A DNA stretch of 64,000 nucleotides. It comes from Octopus vulgaris. Its lineage: Eukaryota. The stretch spans positions 58,714,001-58,778,000 of the forward strand of contig OX597823.1 of the NCBI GenBank assembly GCA_951406725.2. Direction: 5' to 3'. The position numbers and the translations under genes were made by a program. How positions within the stretch are numbered: position 1 is the stretch's first letter; each line of letters starts with the position of its first letter. Under the pieces are notes generated by a model. It ran no database searches, was not told the origin of the DNA, and worked only from the letters and a program-made list of their open reading frames with translations. Of the stretch, positions 40,017 through 53,300 are shown piece after piece.

Positions 40017-40222
40017 TTAGATGGTAAATGTTTTTATTTTTCATTCCCTTCGAAATTATCCTCAATAGTGGTTTGGATTTTGACTACTCCTTCTAGTGTG
40101 TTAGATGTTCTATTATGTCCATCTCTTATGTGTTTAAATGTATACTGTATTTTATTATATATATACATATACATATATATATATACTTACATAAAAACAC
40201 ACACACACACACATATATATAT

Positions 40223-40428
40223 AGTAAATCCCCCAAAACAAGGACAACAAACACAAAAAAAACAATGCGAGGACTTGGTACATGTAAATTATTAGCAGAC
40301 GCAACAGGGAAGGAAAGAAAGATCGTTTAACGTTTCGGGCAACGTTCTTCTTCAAAAAGAGAGGAAAGTCCAATAGAAAGGAAGATGGAGAAAATTCCCA
40401 ACGGTTCACATCTGGTTACATTTTGAAA
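40223..40428 (-). mobile_element. Short Penelope-like element end with a degenerate minimal hammerhead
   Basis: Homologous to 1036-1222. Minus strand 40358-40326 reads ttt TTGAAGA A GAAC gtt GCCC GAAA CG T T aaa. Confidence 0.6.
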
Positions 40429-40429
40429 G

Positions 40430-40465
<36 letters not shown>

Positions 40466-40944
40466 TTTTATTCTTTTATTTGTTTCAGTCAGACTGTGGC
40501 CATGCTGGAGCATCACCTTTAGTCGAACAAATAAACCCCAGGGCTTATTCTTTGTAAACCTAATACCTATTCTATCAGTCTCTTTTGCCGAACTGTTAAG
40601 TTATGGGGATATAAACACACTAACGTCGGTTGTAAAGCAATGGTGAGGGAGACAAACACAGACACACAAACTTATATATATATATATGATGTAAACTCAA
40701 ATTAGGGTATCATATTCATCTAGTTATAAATTCGTCTTAAAACGCGTATACATATATTAATACATATCGACACATATGAATATTAAAAAAATATTTATAA
40801 AACACAAATACATATATAAATATATATGTTAATAAAAAAATCCATGTGGGATACGTATGGAAAAAAGTGTGAGAATTGATAAAAAGAGGCCCAGGAAGGA
40901 CGTGCTTGCGACGCAAGCATCTTACCACACAGCCACGTCTGCAC

Positions 40945-40980
<36 letters not shown>

Positions 40981-40986
40981 ATATAT

Positions 40987-41220
40987 CCCCTACTTTTCTT
41001 TTCCTGTTTGACCCCTCTGTCCGGCACTAGTCGCCATGATAGATCGTTAGCCACTACACAGATTTTTTTCTCTCCTTGTTTTTTTCTGTGTCCCTTTCTG
41101 TAGAAGAGCGTAGGCTCGAAACGTAAAATACTTTTTCTATTCCTGAGCGTTATACTAATACATCTGTTTGTTTTGTACACCACCTGTCTTCGTCTTTTGT
41201 TTTTTTCGTAAACTCTCCCT
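40987..41220 (+). mobile_element. Short Penelope-like element end in (TA)n with a minimal hammerhead variant
   Basis: 41095-41128 reads ttt CTGTAGA A GAGC gtag GCTC GAAA CG T A aaa. (TA)n on both sides. Confidence 0.65.
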
Positions 41221-41241
41221 ATATATGTATATATGTATATA

Positions 41242-41330
<89 letters not shown>

Positions 41331-41345
41331 CTGTGTATGTGTATG

Positions 41346-41379
<34 letters not shown>

Positions 41380-41410
41380 TATATATACATATGCATATAC
41401 ATATATATAT

Positions 41411-41795
41411 ATTCTTTTATTTCTTTCAGTCATTTGATTGCGGCCATGCTGGAGCACCGCCGTTAGTCGAACAAGTCGACCCCAGGACTTATTCTTTGTA
41501 AGCTTAATACTTATTCTCTCGGTGCCTTTTGCCGAACCACCAAGTTAGAGGGACGTAAACACACCGAAATCGGTTGTCAAGCGAGGGCAGGGGGACAAAC
41601 ACAGACAAAAAACATATACACACGCACATATATATACGATGGGCTACTTCCTGTTTCCATCTACCAAATCCACTCACAAGGATTTGGTCGGCTCGAGGCT
41701 ATAGTAGAATATGCATGCCCAAGGTGCCATGGAGTGGGACTGAACCCGGACCCATGTAGTTGGTAAGGAAGCTACTTGTCACACATGCACGCCTG
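41411..41795 (-). mobile_element. SINE family A
   Basis: Reverse-complement copy. A further partial copy lies at 40462-40672. Confidence 0.85.
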
Positions 41796-42064
41796 ATATA
41801 TATATGAAAAGATTTATCGTCACTATTTGTGATTGATATACTCACACAGAAGAACACTCATACATGCATACACACACACATTTTATTTGCTAAACAGAGT
41901 TTGAAACTATGGCCCAGGAGTGTGTGTGTGTTTGTGTGTTTGTGTGTGTGTGTTTGTGTGTGTATGTGAGTATGTATATGTGTGTGTGCGTAAATAATGT
42001 ATATACTACAAACCTGAAAGTGCCGGATTTCTGTGTATGATCAACAAAATCTAGAGGAAACAGT

Positions 42065-42166
<102 letters not shown>

Positions 42167-43199
42167 GTGTGTGTGTGCGTGTGTACACGTACACACATAA
42201 TATATTCATCTCTGTTTCCTCTAGCGTTTGTTGACCTTTGACTCATTACCACACCTATCTCTTAAGATTCTTTTTCTGCCTTCATAAAGAATGAACTCTT
42301 CCTCATACAATTAATTTACATAATAAATTTTAGCTGTCTTCTATTTACTGTTTATTTTTTTAAAAAAAATCGTTTTGCTCGGTATTGATTTCTGATATTA
42401 GTTCACGTCTACAAAAAGTATTGAGAAACATGCCCCGATGATTGATTTAATTTCCAGTTTATGGCAGCAATATATTTTATTCGCTATAGATTAATGAAAG
42501 ACAAAGACTATCCTAGATAGATTTGAACTTGAAATATAAAAGAGGTGCGCCTAAAAGCTGCAAAAATTTTTGACTGACACTCAATTGTGTGGTTCTAGCA
42601 CACCACATCTCCGCCTGTCTTCATTACTATCTCCTCCCACTCTCTCTCATTATTTTAAACTCTCCTTTTCCTCTTAGAAGAAACGGCATATCTAATGTTC
42701 TTTTTTTAATTATTAAATTGACTCGTGTTGACGCAGATAACTATTATTGTCTTTGAATTCTAGTCACTATCTTTAATTATTCCTGATAAGACTTTTGAAA
42801 GAAATTTAAAAAAATAAATATTAAAAACTAAAATTGGTATCACATGTCCTTATCCCTGATATTTGAAATTCTGAACAGCAAGCATAAAATTTAATCAAAG
42901 ATTTTATCTAAAGATTAAATTCGGCTCATAATTCTAGTATCCTCATGTTTTGAATTGAGAAAAAGGTAGTTTAGAATCCGTTTATTATTAGTAGAGGATA
43001 CAGTGGTTGCGCGTTCGAACACTGCGAAAAGAAAGATAGAACATGATTATTGTTGTTATTGTTGTTATTATTACAAAGAAAGGAATAGTGGGAGGTGGTG
43101 AATTCGTTAGAGTATTGGATTAAATTCTTTGCATTGTTTCTCTCGCTTCTTTACACGCAGAGTTCTAATCACACCGCGGTCAATTGTTATTGTACGGTC

Positions 43200-44168
43200 T
43201 AGGCTAAGCACAGAAATGGCACAAGCCCGAGCCAGAGGACGTCACTGAGAACAATGTGGGAGTTTACAATCCAATGTGAGTCCTTAATCGATGCTCGGAG
43301 GACAGACATTATTGTGGTAGATAAAAGGAAAAACAAAACCAAGATAATAGATATTCTTTTCTACTCTAGGCACAAGGCCCGAAATTTTGGGGGTGTATGC
43401 TAGTCGATTAGATCGACCCCAATACGCAACTGGTTCTTAATTTATTGACCCCGAAAGGATGAAAAGCAAAGTCACCTCGGCGGAATTTGAACTCAGAACG
43501 TATAGACAGACAAATTACCTGTTTCTTTATTACCCACAAGAGGCTAAACATAGAGGGGACAAACAAGGACAAACGGATTAAGTCGATTACATCGACCTCC
43601 AGTGCGTAACTGGTACTTAATTTATCGACCCCGAAAGGATGAAAGGCAAAGTCGACCTCGGCGGAATTTGAACTCAGAACGTAACGGCAGACGAAATACG
43701 GCTACGCATTTCGCCCGGCGTGCTAACGTTTCTGCCAGCTCACCGCCTTGTATATACCTATAGATGCACGCATAAATGTGAAAGAGCTGGATAAGATGGA
43801 AAAATACAGACTACACAACGACGAAATTGCAAGGATGTAAGCAATGAGGAGAGTAACTGTTGTCCCAGTAGTTGTAGGGGCTTTCAGAACACTAACAACC
43901 AGGTTCGAGAAATATGTCGGAGAAATTGGAATTGACATGAGGGCAGAGCAGGCCCAAAATTCTGCTCTGGTGGGGAGGGCGAGAATTTCAAGATTGGTGC
44001 TTGAGTGTTGAGTCTCTTCCACGATAAGTTAATATCCAAGTACAAAAGCTAATAATGTGCGGAAAGAGATACTGTGAGACATCTGGCCACAGGCTGCTAT
44101 CCGCTCTCACAGAATCAACCAGAGCAAGTAAGACCGAGATCTGAGAAGTAAAATAATAATGATAATAA
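43200..44168 (+). pseudogene. R4/Dong-like LINE 3' end (restriction-like endonuclease domain), split by a SINE dimer
   Basis: WEFTIQCESLIDARRTDIIVVDKRKNKTKIIDI, then the SINE, then IPIDARINVKELDKMEKY..EIARM*..VVPVVVGA..AQNSALVGRARISRLVLEC*, a 3' UTR and a taataat tail. Confidence 0.85.
43355..43749 (-). mobile_element. SINE family B dimer (head, tail A unit, tail B unit)
   Basis: The central domain occurs twice, near 43445 and 43625. Confidence 0.85.
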
Positions 44169-44600
44169 TCTTTTCTACTATAGGAACAATGCCTGAAGTT
44201 TTGGGGAGGTTTTAAGTCGATTATATCGGCTTCAATGTTTCCCTGGTACTTAGTCTATCGGCCCTGAAAGGGATGAAAGGCGAAGTCGACCATGGCAGAA
44301 TTTGAACTCAGAATACAAGGACGGACGAAATGCCGCTAACCGTTTCACCCGGCGTGCTAACGATTCTGCCGGCTCACCGCCTTAAATAAGCGAGTTAATA
44401 TTTATAACCCTTATAAGGCAGCGAGTCGACAGAATCGTTAGTACGCCGGAGAAAATGTTTACTGGTATTTCGTTCGGCTTTACATTTTAAGTTCAAATTC
44501 CCGGGGTTGATAAAATAAGTGCAAGTTAAGCACTGGGGTCGATGTATTCCACTTTCTCACCTCCCACCTAACTTACTGGTTTTGTTCCAAAATTTGAAGC
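44168..44600. mobile_element. Two SINE family B copies, head to head
   Basis: Minus copy 44168-44384 and plus copy 44416-44600. Confidence 0.75.
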
Positions 44601-45085
44601 CATTATCAAGTTGGTTACTAATAATATTATTAGTAATATATTTATCCATTACTTTTACAGAAATTGTTGAAATTATCATTGTTATTGATTATATTAATAT
44701 TTTTTTCTTTCCTCCTTGTCTTTACCATTGTCACCAACATCATTAACAAACACATCCAGCCTAACCTTATTCAACTTCTTCATAATGATGATGATCATCG
44801 TGGGGTGGTGGTGGTAGGGAATCATCATCATTGTCATCATCACCAAGTTTTTCTTTTTTCTTTTTCTTTTTTGTCTCTCAGAAAACGTACATGACTAGAA
44901 TTTATCCTAGAAGTAGACAATTTAACAATTTAACCATTTATTCTTTTCAAGTTATGAGTGCATTGTCAGTGAAGAGGAAAGGATAAAGCGAAATCACTAG
45001 AAAATGTTAAGGTCTTTTTCTTTTGCTTTCATAAATATATATCTTAAGCGTTTATATTTTTTGTTCCAAAAATATACGTATGTAT

Positions 45086-45151
<66 letters not shown>

Positions 45152-45649
45152 TTGTGTATATACATATATATAATCTACCTTATACTTTTACGTTAACAAA
45201 TGCTCTATTTATTTAAATTTGTTTTATCAACACATTTCAAAATAACAAACAAGCCACGATGGAGAGAAAATACAAACTAGGAAATATGTGAGTGAATAAA
45301 ACAACGCCATCGTTTAAAACAACAACAACAGCAACAGCAAAAACAATTGTCACCCCTTAAAAAAATTTGAATCAAAAAACAACATTATGGTAATATTTTT
45401 TAAAATCTTGGCACATCTGGATAAAAGCATTATCTGGCATATATATTAGAATTTGAAATATATACATATATGTATGTATGTTATATGTTCATGAGCATAT
45501 ACATGTATATTAATGTGAATGCTTGTATGTATATATGTGTATATATATAAATATAAATATATACATATACATATAAATATATATCTATGTGTGTAATAGG
45601 AACATATGTCTCTCTCTAAATATATCGTATATGTATATATGTAAATATA

Positions 45650-45682
<33 letters not shown>

Positions 45683-45724
45683 GTATATATAGACACATAT
45701 ATATATGTGTATATATATATGTAT

Positions 45725-45776
<52 letters not shown>

Positions 45777-46525
45777 GTGTGTATGTGTATATACGAAAGT
45801 CTCAGACAAAACGAAAGAATGAATGAGACGAGAGATATTCTGCATATTTTCATATTATGAAAATATGAAGGAATCTCAAATGCTTTTTTACGCCAAGCCG
45901 CGAACACGCAAAAGCACACAAGAACACACACACATACGCGTGCACGCACGCACACACACACACACATACACACACATGCTAACACACGTACACATACACA
46001 CTCACACACACATGTATAGTTATGCATGTATAAATATCTGATGCATCAGCATGTCCCCCGCCTCTAGCTGAAACCAAGAAAAGAATAGAAGAATATATAT
46101 AAATATATACGATGTCACTGTCTAAAAATATGTATATATTAATATAAGGATAAATGTATATATGATATTGTATTATCTACATATTGCAAGCGAGGTTAAA
46201 CTGCTGTCACACCTGGCGAATGAGTACCCACCACCGAGGGGTACCAATACAGATCGAACCCACGTAGTCTGGCGGTCTCAGATCTAGGGCGGCAGGAGTT
46301 ATCTCCCGTTTGCAAAAGTGCACTGAAAAAACCAGAGATGTCTTACTGGGATTTAATGGTAGTATCGCTATCTCTCAGAAGACAGACACATTAAAGTGGC
46401 CATAAAGAATAAATATACACACACACATACATACATACATACATACACATACATACATACATACATACATACATACATACATACACAGATACATACATAT
46501 ATGTATATATATATATGCATGTATC

Positions 46526-46576
<51 letters not shown>

Positions 46577-47087
46577 TTATTAAAAAAAGAAAGATGGGTG
46601 AATGTAGCAAGGATGGCACGTATGAATGACGAAGCCACATTGAGCATAATCCTATGAACCCAGAAATTGAAAACAGAGGATTACCCACTTGCAAACAAAT
46701 GTGGTAACATATAACAATATTGACCAAGGTTACCGTGGTCTTTTTCGTAGGCTTTTCTTCCCACGGATAAACCTTACTTGCTTTCCCCTTTACACCATAC
46801 CTCATAACACTGTGATACACGATCCCTATTGATCGTTTTTTTCCTCTTCCCCTTTTTTCCCCCTTTTTTCTTCCTTTTTTTTTATTCATTTCTCTTTTCT
46901 TTTGTTGCTTTTCCTTTATTTTTGTTCTTTTTTACCCTTTTACGATCCCTTTTGATCGAAAACCTACGCCACTTTTTTTTTGTTTCTTTTGTTTTTTGTG
47001 TTTTGGTTTTTTTCATCCCCCAAAAGAAAAGCTCGACCTTGTAATTTGTCCTATCTGTGTGCAGCCCTGTGTGGCCAATAAAGAAAC

Positions 47088-47090
<3 letters not shown>
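46577..47090 (+). mobile_element. Tx1/L1-like LINE 3' end in a microsatellite
   Basis: Short ORF end [23 protein letters not shown], a pyrimidine-rich 3' UTR, AATAAA, then (TATC)n. The clade call is tentative. Confidence 0.55.
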
Positions 47091-47123
<33 letters not shown>

Positions 47124-47297
47124 ATATATATAACACACACACATATATGTATGTACATGTGTGTGTGTGTGTGTATCTATATATGCAGTGTTTACGTGAT
47201 GTATGCATACATAGATATCTGTATATACACACATATGTATGTCATATATGTATCTATACACGCACACAATATCTAGCTCTCTCTTCCCCTCTCTCTT

Positions 47298-47350
<53 letters not shown>

Positions 47351-47523
47351 GTGCGTGTATACACACATACAAAATGTTTGGATATATATGTCTATATGCA
47401 TATTAATACACACGCAAGAATATAGTTACATGAGTGTAGACATACATAGACACATACATACATATGTATAGAGATATGTATATGTATATATATACATATA
47501 TATATATACATATGTATATGTAA

Positions 47524-47585
<62 letters not shown>

Positions 47586-47987
47586 TAAAGAGAAAAATGG
47601 AGTGAGTGAAGAGAGAGAAAGAGAGGTAGAGAGAGAGGTAGAGAGAGAGGTAGAAAGAGATGTATACACACACACACACACCTATGTATGCATTTGCATT
47701 CATATATTTGTAGGTAAATATATGTTCTCAGTCGAGTTACTTTCAATCTCTCTTAGTTTATCATTTTGAATTATTTCATTGAATGCATTGCCTAAAAACA
47801 TTTCCTTTCAAAATAAATGAGGCAGAATGTCGTCAATGATGTTAACTATATCGATCATGATGATGCCAATGATGATGTTATGACGGTGATGGTCGACGCA
47901 GACCTTATTGAAGAATTGTTTTCGAGTTTTGTAGTCAATGATATTGTTACAACTATCAATTTCAGTCAAGCACGCACGCACGAACGA

Positions 47988-48018
<31 letters not shown>

Positions 48019-48064
48019 CACACACGTAAACACACACACACACACACACACACATACATATGTG

Positions 48065-48320
48065 CGTAGTGTACTGTTCCATTATTGGTGGGATCAGCAA
48101 AAACAAGTAATCCGTCGAATGAGCCTGGATGATGGCATATAGTACATAACCTAAACATCAGGACATACGAATGTATATGATACTAGGCACAGCATATATC
48201 CTTCGTAAAGCACTTTCAATACAATGGAAATAAGTGCATCACGACAAACCACAGCCCATACTCAAGACATATAGAGCTACCTTTGGTAGTGCAGTGAAAA
48301 CATGATGAAAATATGACTAC
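48065..48320 (+). pseudogene. R4/Dong-like LINE extreme 3' end
   Basis: ILGTAYILRKALSIQ, a short UTR, then (TAA)n. Confidence 0.65.
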
Positions 48321-48322
48321 TC

Positions 48323-48370
<48 letters not shown>

Positions 48371-48403
48371 TATAACAATAATAATAATAATAATAATTAT
48401 AAC

Positions 48404-48454
<51 letters not shown>

Positions 48455-48960
48455 TATAATTATAATGATAATAGTAATAGTAATAATAATAATAATATCC
48501 TCCTCATTGATATGACTGCCCCAATCGATATAAACGTATCTGTTAAAACCTACCAAAAAACTGAGCAAGTATAAAGACCTTGAAATAGAAATTAGCAAAA
48601 TGTGGAACCTGAAGGCCAAAACAATACCTATTGTCGTAGGTGCCCTGGAAATGATAGCAAATAGGGCTGATTGCTACCTAGCTCAGATACTAGGAAACCC
48701 AAAATGGCAGAGATTCAAAATATAGTGCTTATGGGCCTGCCCATTTCCTACGCAAAATACTTTCTATTTAATCTCAAGTTTTAAAACAAACATAATTTTC
48801 TTATGGTTTCTTAAACATTCTCTAGAACAACACTGTGTACAAAACCAAATATAAGGCACCCTAGGCATAACACCAACATGAACTTCCGACTTGTCTCTTG
48901 AGGTCTCTGGATGAGACTTGGAGCCAACTTGTACAAATGTAAAGCAAAACTGAAACATGA

Positions 48961-48992
<32 letters not shown>

Positions 48993-49075
48993 CAACAACA
49001 ACAACAACAACAGCAACAACAACAACAACAACAACAACAATAATAATAATAATAATAATGATTATAATAATAATG

Positions 49076-49124
<49 letters not shown>

Positions 49125-49352
49125 TAATAATAATAATAATAATAATCCTTTCTGCTGCAGTTTCGAAGCTTGAAATTTGGGGGAAGAAATTAAGTCGATT
49201 ACATCGATCCCAATGCGTAACTGGTACTTATTTAATCGACCCCGAAATAATGAAAGACAAAGTCAACTTCGGAGGTATCTGAACTCAAAAGGTAGTGACA
49301 GACCAAATACCACTAAGCTTTGCGCCCGGCGAGCTAACGATTGTGCCAGCTA

Positions 49353-49436
<84 letters not shown>

Positions 49437-49744
49437 GTAATAATAATAATAATAATAATAAAAAATAAAAATAATGATAATAATAATAATGACGACAACG
49501 ACGATGATAATTCAATAATTATAAAAATTATTACTTCAGATTTTCGTCACACGGATAGCTTGGGGGTGGGGGATGAGCCGATTACATCGACCCCAGTGTT
49601 CAACTGGTACTTATTTCATCGAGCCCGAAAGGATGAAAGGCAAAGTCGGTCTTGGTAGAATTTGAACTCAGAACGTAGCGACGGGCGAAATATCACTAAG
49701 TATTTCGTCCAGCATGCTAGCGATACTGCCAGTTTGCTGCCTTG

Positions 49745-49820
<76 letters not shown>

Positions 49821-50113
49821 TGATGATGATGATGATGATGATGATAACAACAGCAATAATAATCGTTATTATTATTATTCTTTTACTCTTTTACTTGTTT
49901 CAGTCATTTGACTGCAGCCATGCTTGAGCACCGCCTTTAGTTGAGCAAATCGACCCCAGGACTTATTCCATGTAAGCCTAGTACTATCGGTCTCTTTCGA
50001 CGAGCCGCTAGGTCACGTGGACGTAAACACAGCAGCATCGGTGGTCAAGCGATGGTGAGGGAGGGCAAACACAGACAAATAAACATATACACACACATGC
50101 ATACATACATACA

Positions 50114-50149
<36 letters not shown>

Positions 50150-50152
50150 TAT

Positions 50153-50204
<52 letters not shown>

Positions 50205-50466
50205 GACTGTCTTCTTTCAGTTTCCGTCTACCAAATCCACTCACGGGTTTGGTTTTCCCGAAGCCATAGTAGAAGACACTTGCCTAAGGTGCCACGCAGT
50301 GGGACTGAACCCGGAACCTTGTGGTTGCTAAGCAAGCTACTTTTACGACACAGCTTACTCCTGCACCTACTACATTAGTCATCATCATCATCATCATCAT
50401 CATCTTCATTATCATCATTATCACCACCACCACCACCACCACCACCCTCCTCCTCCTCCTCCTCAC

Positions 50467-50504
<38 letters not shown>

Positions 50505-50520
50505 ATCATCATCAACAACA
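48321..50520. repeat. Compound trinucleotide field of (TAA)n, (CAA)n, (GAT)n and (CAT)n with nested SINEs
   Basis: Visible arrays interrupted by SINE B (49147-49351, 49535-49743) and SINE A (49878-50368). Confidence 0.9.
48497..48962 (+). pseudogene. R4/Dong-like LINE 3' end inside (TAA)n
   Basis: LLIDMTAPIDINVSVKTYQK/LSKYKDLEIEISKMWNLKAKTIPIVVGALEMI...HFLRKILSI*, flanked by (TAA)n on both sides. Confidence 0.85.
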
Positions 50521-51033
50521 ACTTTGTGAATGATATTACTGGCAGTTACTGTTATGTTTGAACGAAGGATAAACATAAGAATGTTTGCTAACAGTTTATT
50601 CAATAGTAATGAAAATAGAATTGATCCAAAATGTAACAAAAGTATTGAATATTTCACATGCAGTTTCAAAAGACATTTCAAAATATATTAGCCAAATGTA
50701 GGTGATTTCTATATTTTATCATTTTGTACTGAATTTAAAATTATTGAATATATAATTTCATTTTTTTTCTCCTATAAAGCAAATCTTTTATTGTCACAGA
50801 TAATGTTGTTCGCGTACATACTGCTTTAGTTCTTGTTGTTGTTGTAGTTGTTGTTGCTGTCGTTGTTATCAACATGTATTAAATATGCAATTCGTGTTTA
50901 TGCAAACATATACATGGTTTGACACAATGGGAATTTATGGATAAATGTATAAATCAGTAAAAAGAAAAAAAACAAAAACAATTGCACAATCACGCGCACG
51001 TGTTGACACAAAATCACACATTCAGCCAAACAG

Positions 51034-51072
<39 letters not shown>

Positions 51073-51899
51073 CACACACATACACACATGTACACATATT
51101 CTTTCACACATATGCAGAAGTTGCTCAGCTTTACAATTCTACTTTCAGTCTGATTTCTTTGTAGCAATTGCCGTTTGAACATATGTACAATAAATTGATC
51201 GGAGGAATAGTTAAAGCGTCTGATAAAATTTGTTGTCTGCTTCGTTACTGCTGTCTGTCTCGTTACTGAATTTTACATTCTCGGTTCAATTTCCATCGCG
51301 GCCCCCTTTTCCTTCCATCTTTCAGGCATTTATGACTAAAGTAGCATGAAGTACCGGAATCGATTTAATACATACGTACATACATATATACATTCATGCA
51401 TGCATACATGCATACATGGACACATACATACATACACGCACACACATATACATACATACATACATTCATACATACACCGATAGTGCGATGTGTTTGTGAG
51501 CAAGACACTTCATTTTATGTTACTCCAGTTATCTCAGCTGTAGCCAGGTAACCTTGCGACAAACCATCCTTCCGTACTTGGTGAATGCTTGCCTGACTGC
51601 ATAGCTAGCAGGCTGTCATCATTCGCAGCTACAATAATGCAATGAATCGCACTGTGACCAGCGATGTGTAACAAGAGCTGACAGTTTGGCCGATACAGTG
51701 TTACAGTCATTTTATTTTATATTCTCGACTGATAGACATTTTCTGGGTTCTGAGGTTGCGTGGAATACTTCGCATTTTCTAGATTATTTTTCAGTTCTAA
51801 AATTTATTTTAGCCTGGAGTTCGCATCAAGGAATCATCCGAATTTCACGAAACCTTCTTTACTTATTATACTCTTGAAAGTGTTATTGATATATATATA

Positions 51900-53300
51900 A
51901 GTGGAGCTGGCAGAATCATTAGCACGCCGGGCAAAATGCTTACCGTCATTTTGTCCTTCTTTAAGTTCTGAGTTCAAATTATTCCGCCTAGGTCAATTTT
52001 TGCCTTTCCTCTCTTTCGGATTCGAAAAAATAGGTACCAGCTGAGCGCTGGGGGTCTATGTAATCGATTTGCGCCACCCATGAAATTGCTGACCTGGTAC
52101 CAAAATTAGAAAATCAATATGTATTAGTATTTTTTTCGTCACCCTTTTCAAGCATAGCCAGGCTCATGGGCCCGGTTTCCCGTTTTCTGTGGCGTATGTG
52201 TTCCCCCCAGCTGAACGGGACGCCTGTCCATAGCAGCGTTACTCAAGAAACAGGAAGAGAGAGTGAGAGAGAGAGAGTTGCGGCATAAGAGCACAACAGA
52301 GGTCGCCACCACCCCTGTCGGAGCCTTGTGAAGTTTTTAGGTGTTTTCGCTCAATAAAAACACAGAACGCCCGATCTGGGAATCGAAACCGCGATCCTCC
52401 GCCATACATGGGCGTTTGTCTACTTCACAGCAAAGTACAGTGAGTGATTAAAAAATGAGCAGGAGTTTTGTCGTGTGTGTGTTTGGGCAAGCCCAATCGT
52501 ATGAAATATTGTACATTTTTGTAAGTCTATTTTTTATCACTACTTGTAGTATATGTTTCTCTGAGAAGCTATAAGAAGATTTAATCATGACAGGGTCTAT
52601 TTCCTCAATTTGTCACAGTAGTTAAAATATTAATAGCCACTGACTAATATTGCTTTCTAAAATAGTTTTAAGGAGTGGGGAACAGTTGATTATCATGACT
52701 TCAGATTTTAAAGTAGCTAGCTGGCAGAATCGTTAACACGTGGGCCAAATTGCTTTGCGGCATTTCGCCCGTCTCTACGTTCTAAGTTCAAATTGCGCCG
52801 AGGTCGACTTTACCTTTCTCCCTTTCGGGGTCGATAAATTAAGTACCAGTGAAACACTGGGGTCGATATAATCGATTTATTCCCTCCCGCCAAATTTCAG
52901 GCCTTGTACCTTTAGTAGAAAGGATTATGATTTCAGTATTTAAGGTAGCGATGTGGCAGAAATGTTAACACGTGAGTCGAAAAGCTTTGCGCCATTTAGC
53001 CCCCCATCTTTATGTTCTGAGTTCAAATCCAGCCGAGGTCGAATTTATCTTTCGTCCTTTCGGAATCCACGAAATAAGTACTAGTTGCGCACTGTGATCG
53101 ATGTAATCGACTTATCTCCCCACCCAACCATCATAAAATCAAACCTTTTACCTATAACACAGAGTGTTAGGACAGTGTTTGGGTGGTAATTTATTTTATC
53201 AACATCATGAAGATAAAGTTCAAAGTTGACATCAGTGGGAATTGAACTTAGACTGAAGAAATACTGCAACATACTGACGAATCTGCAGATCCATCCACCT
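51900..53300. mobile_element. SINE cluster: family B copies and family C tail type 3
   Basis: Family B at about 51900-52115, 52711-52928, 52941-53130 and 53180-53300. Family C on the minus strand at 52140-52400. Confidence 0.8.

Larger units (their letters stand above)
39224..40151. mobile_element. Older fold-back element with two hammerhead copies, same architecture but a different family
   Basis: About 39225-39577 is an imperfect inverted copy of 39698-40061. Direct repeat 39577-39680 and 40048-40151 (period 471). TA tracts flank it. Confidence 0.8.

Noticed and set aside
46190-46400. GC-richer structured segment, considered as an HDV-like or twister ribozyme or an RTE 5' UTR
   Set aside because: I could not build the required pseudoknots by eye.
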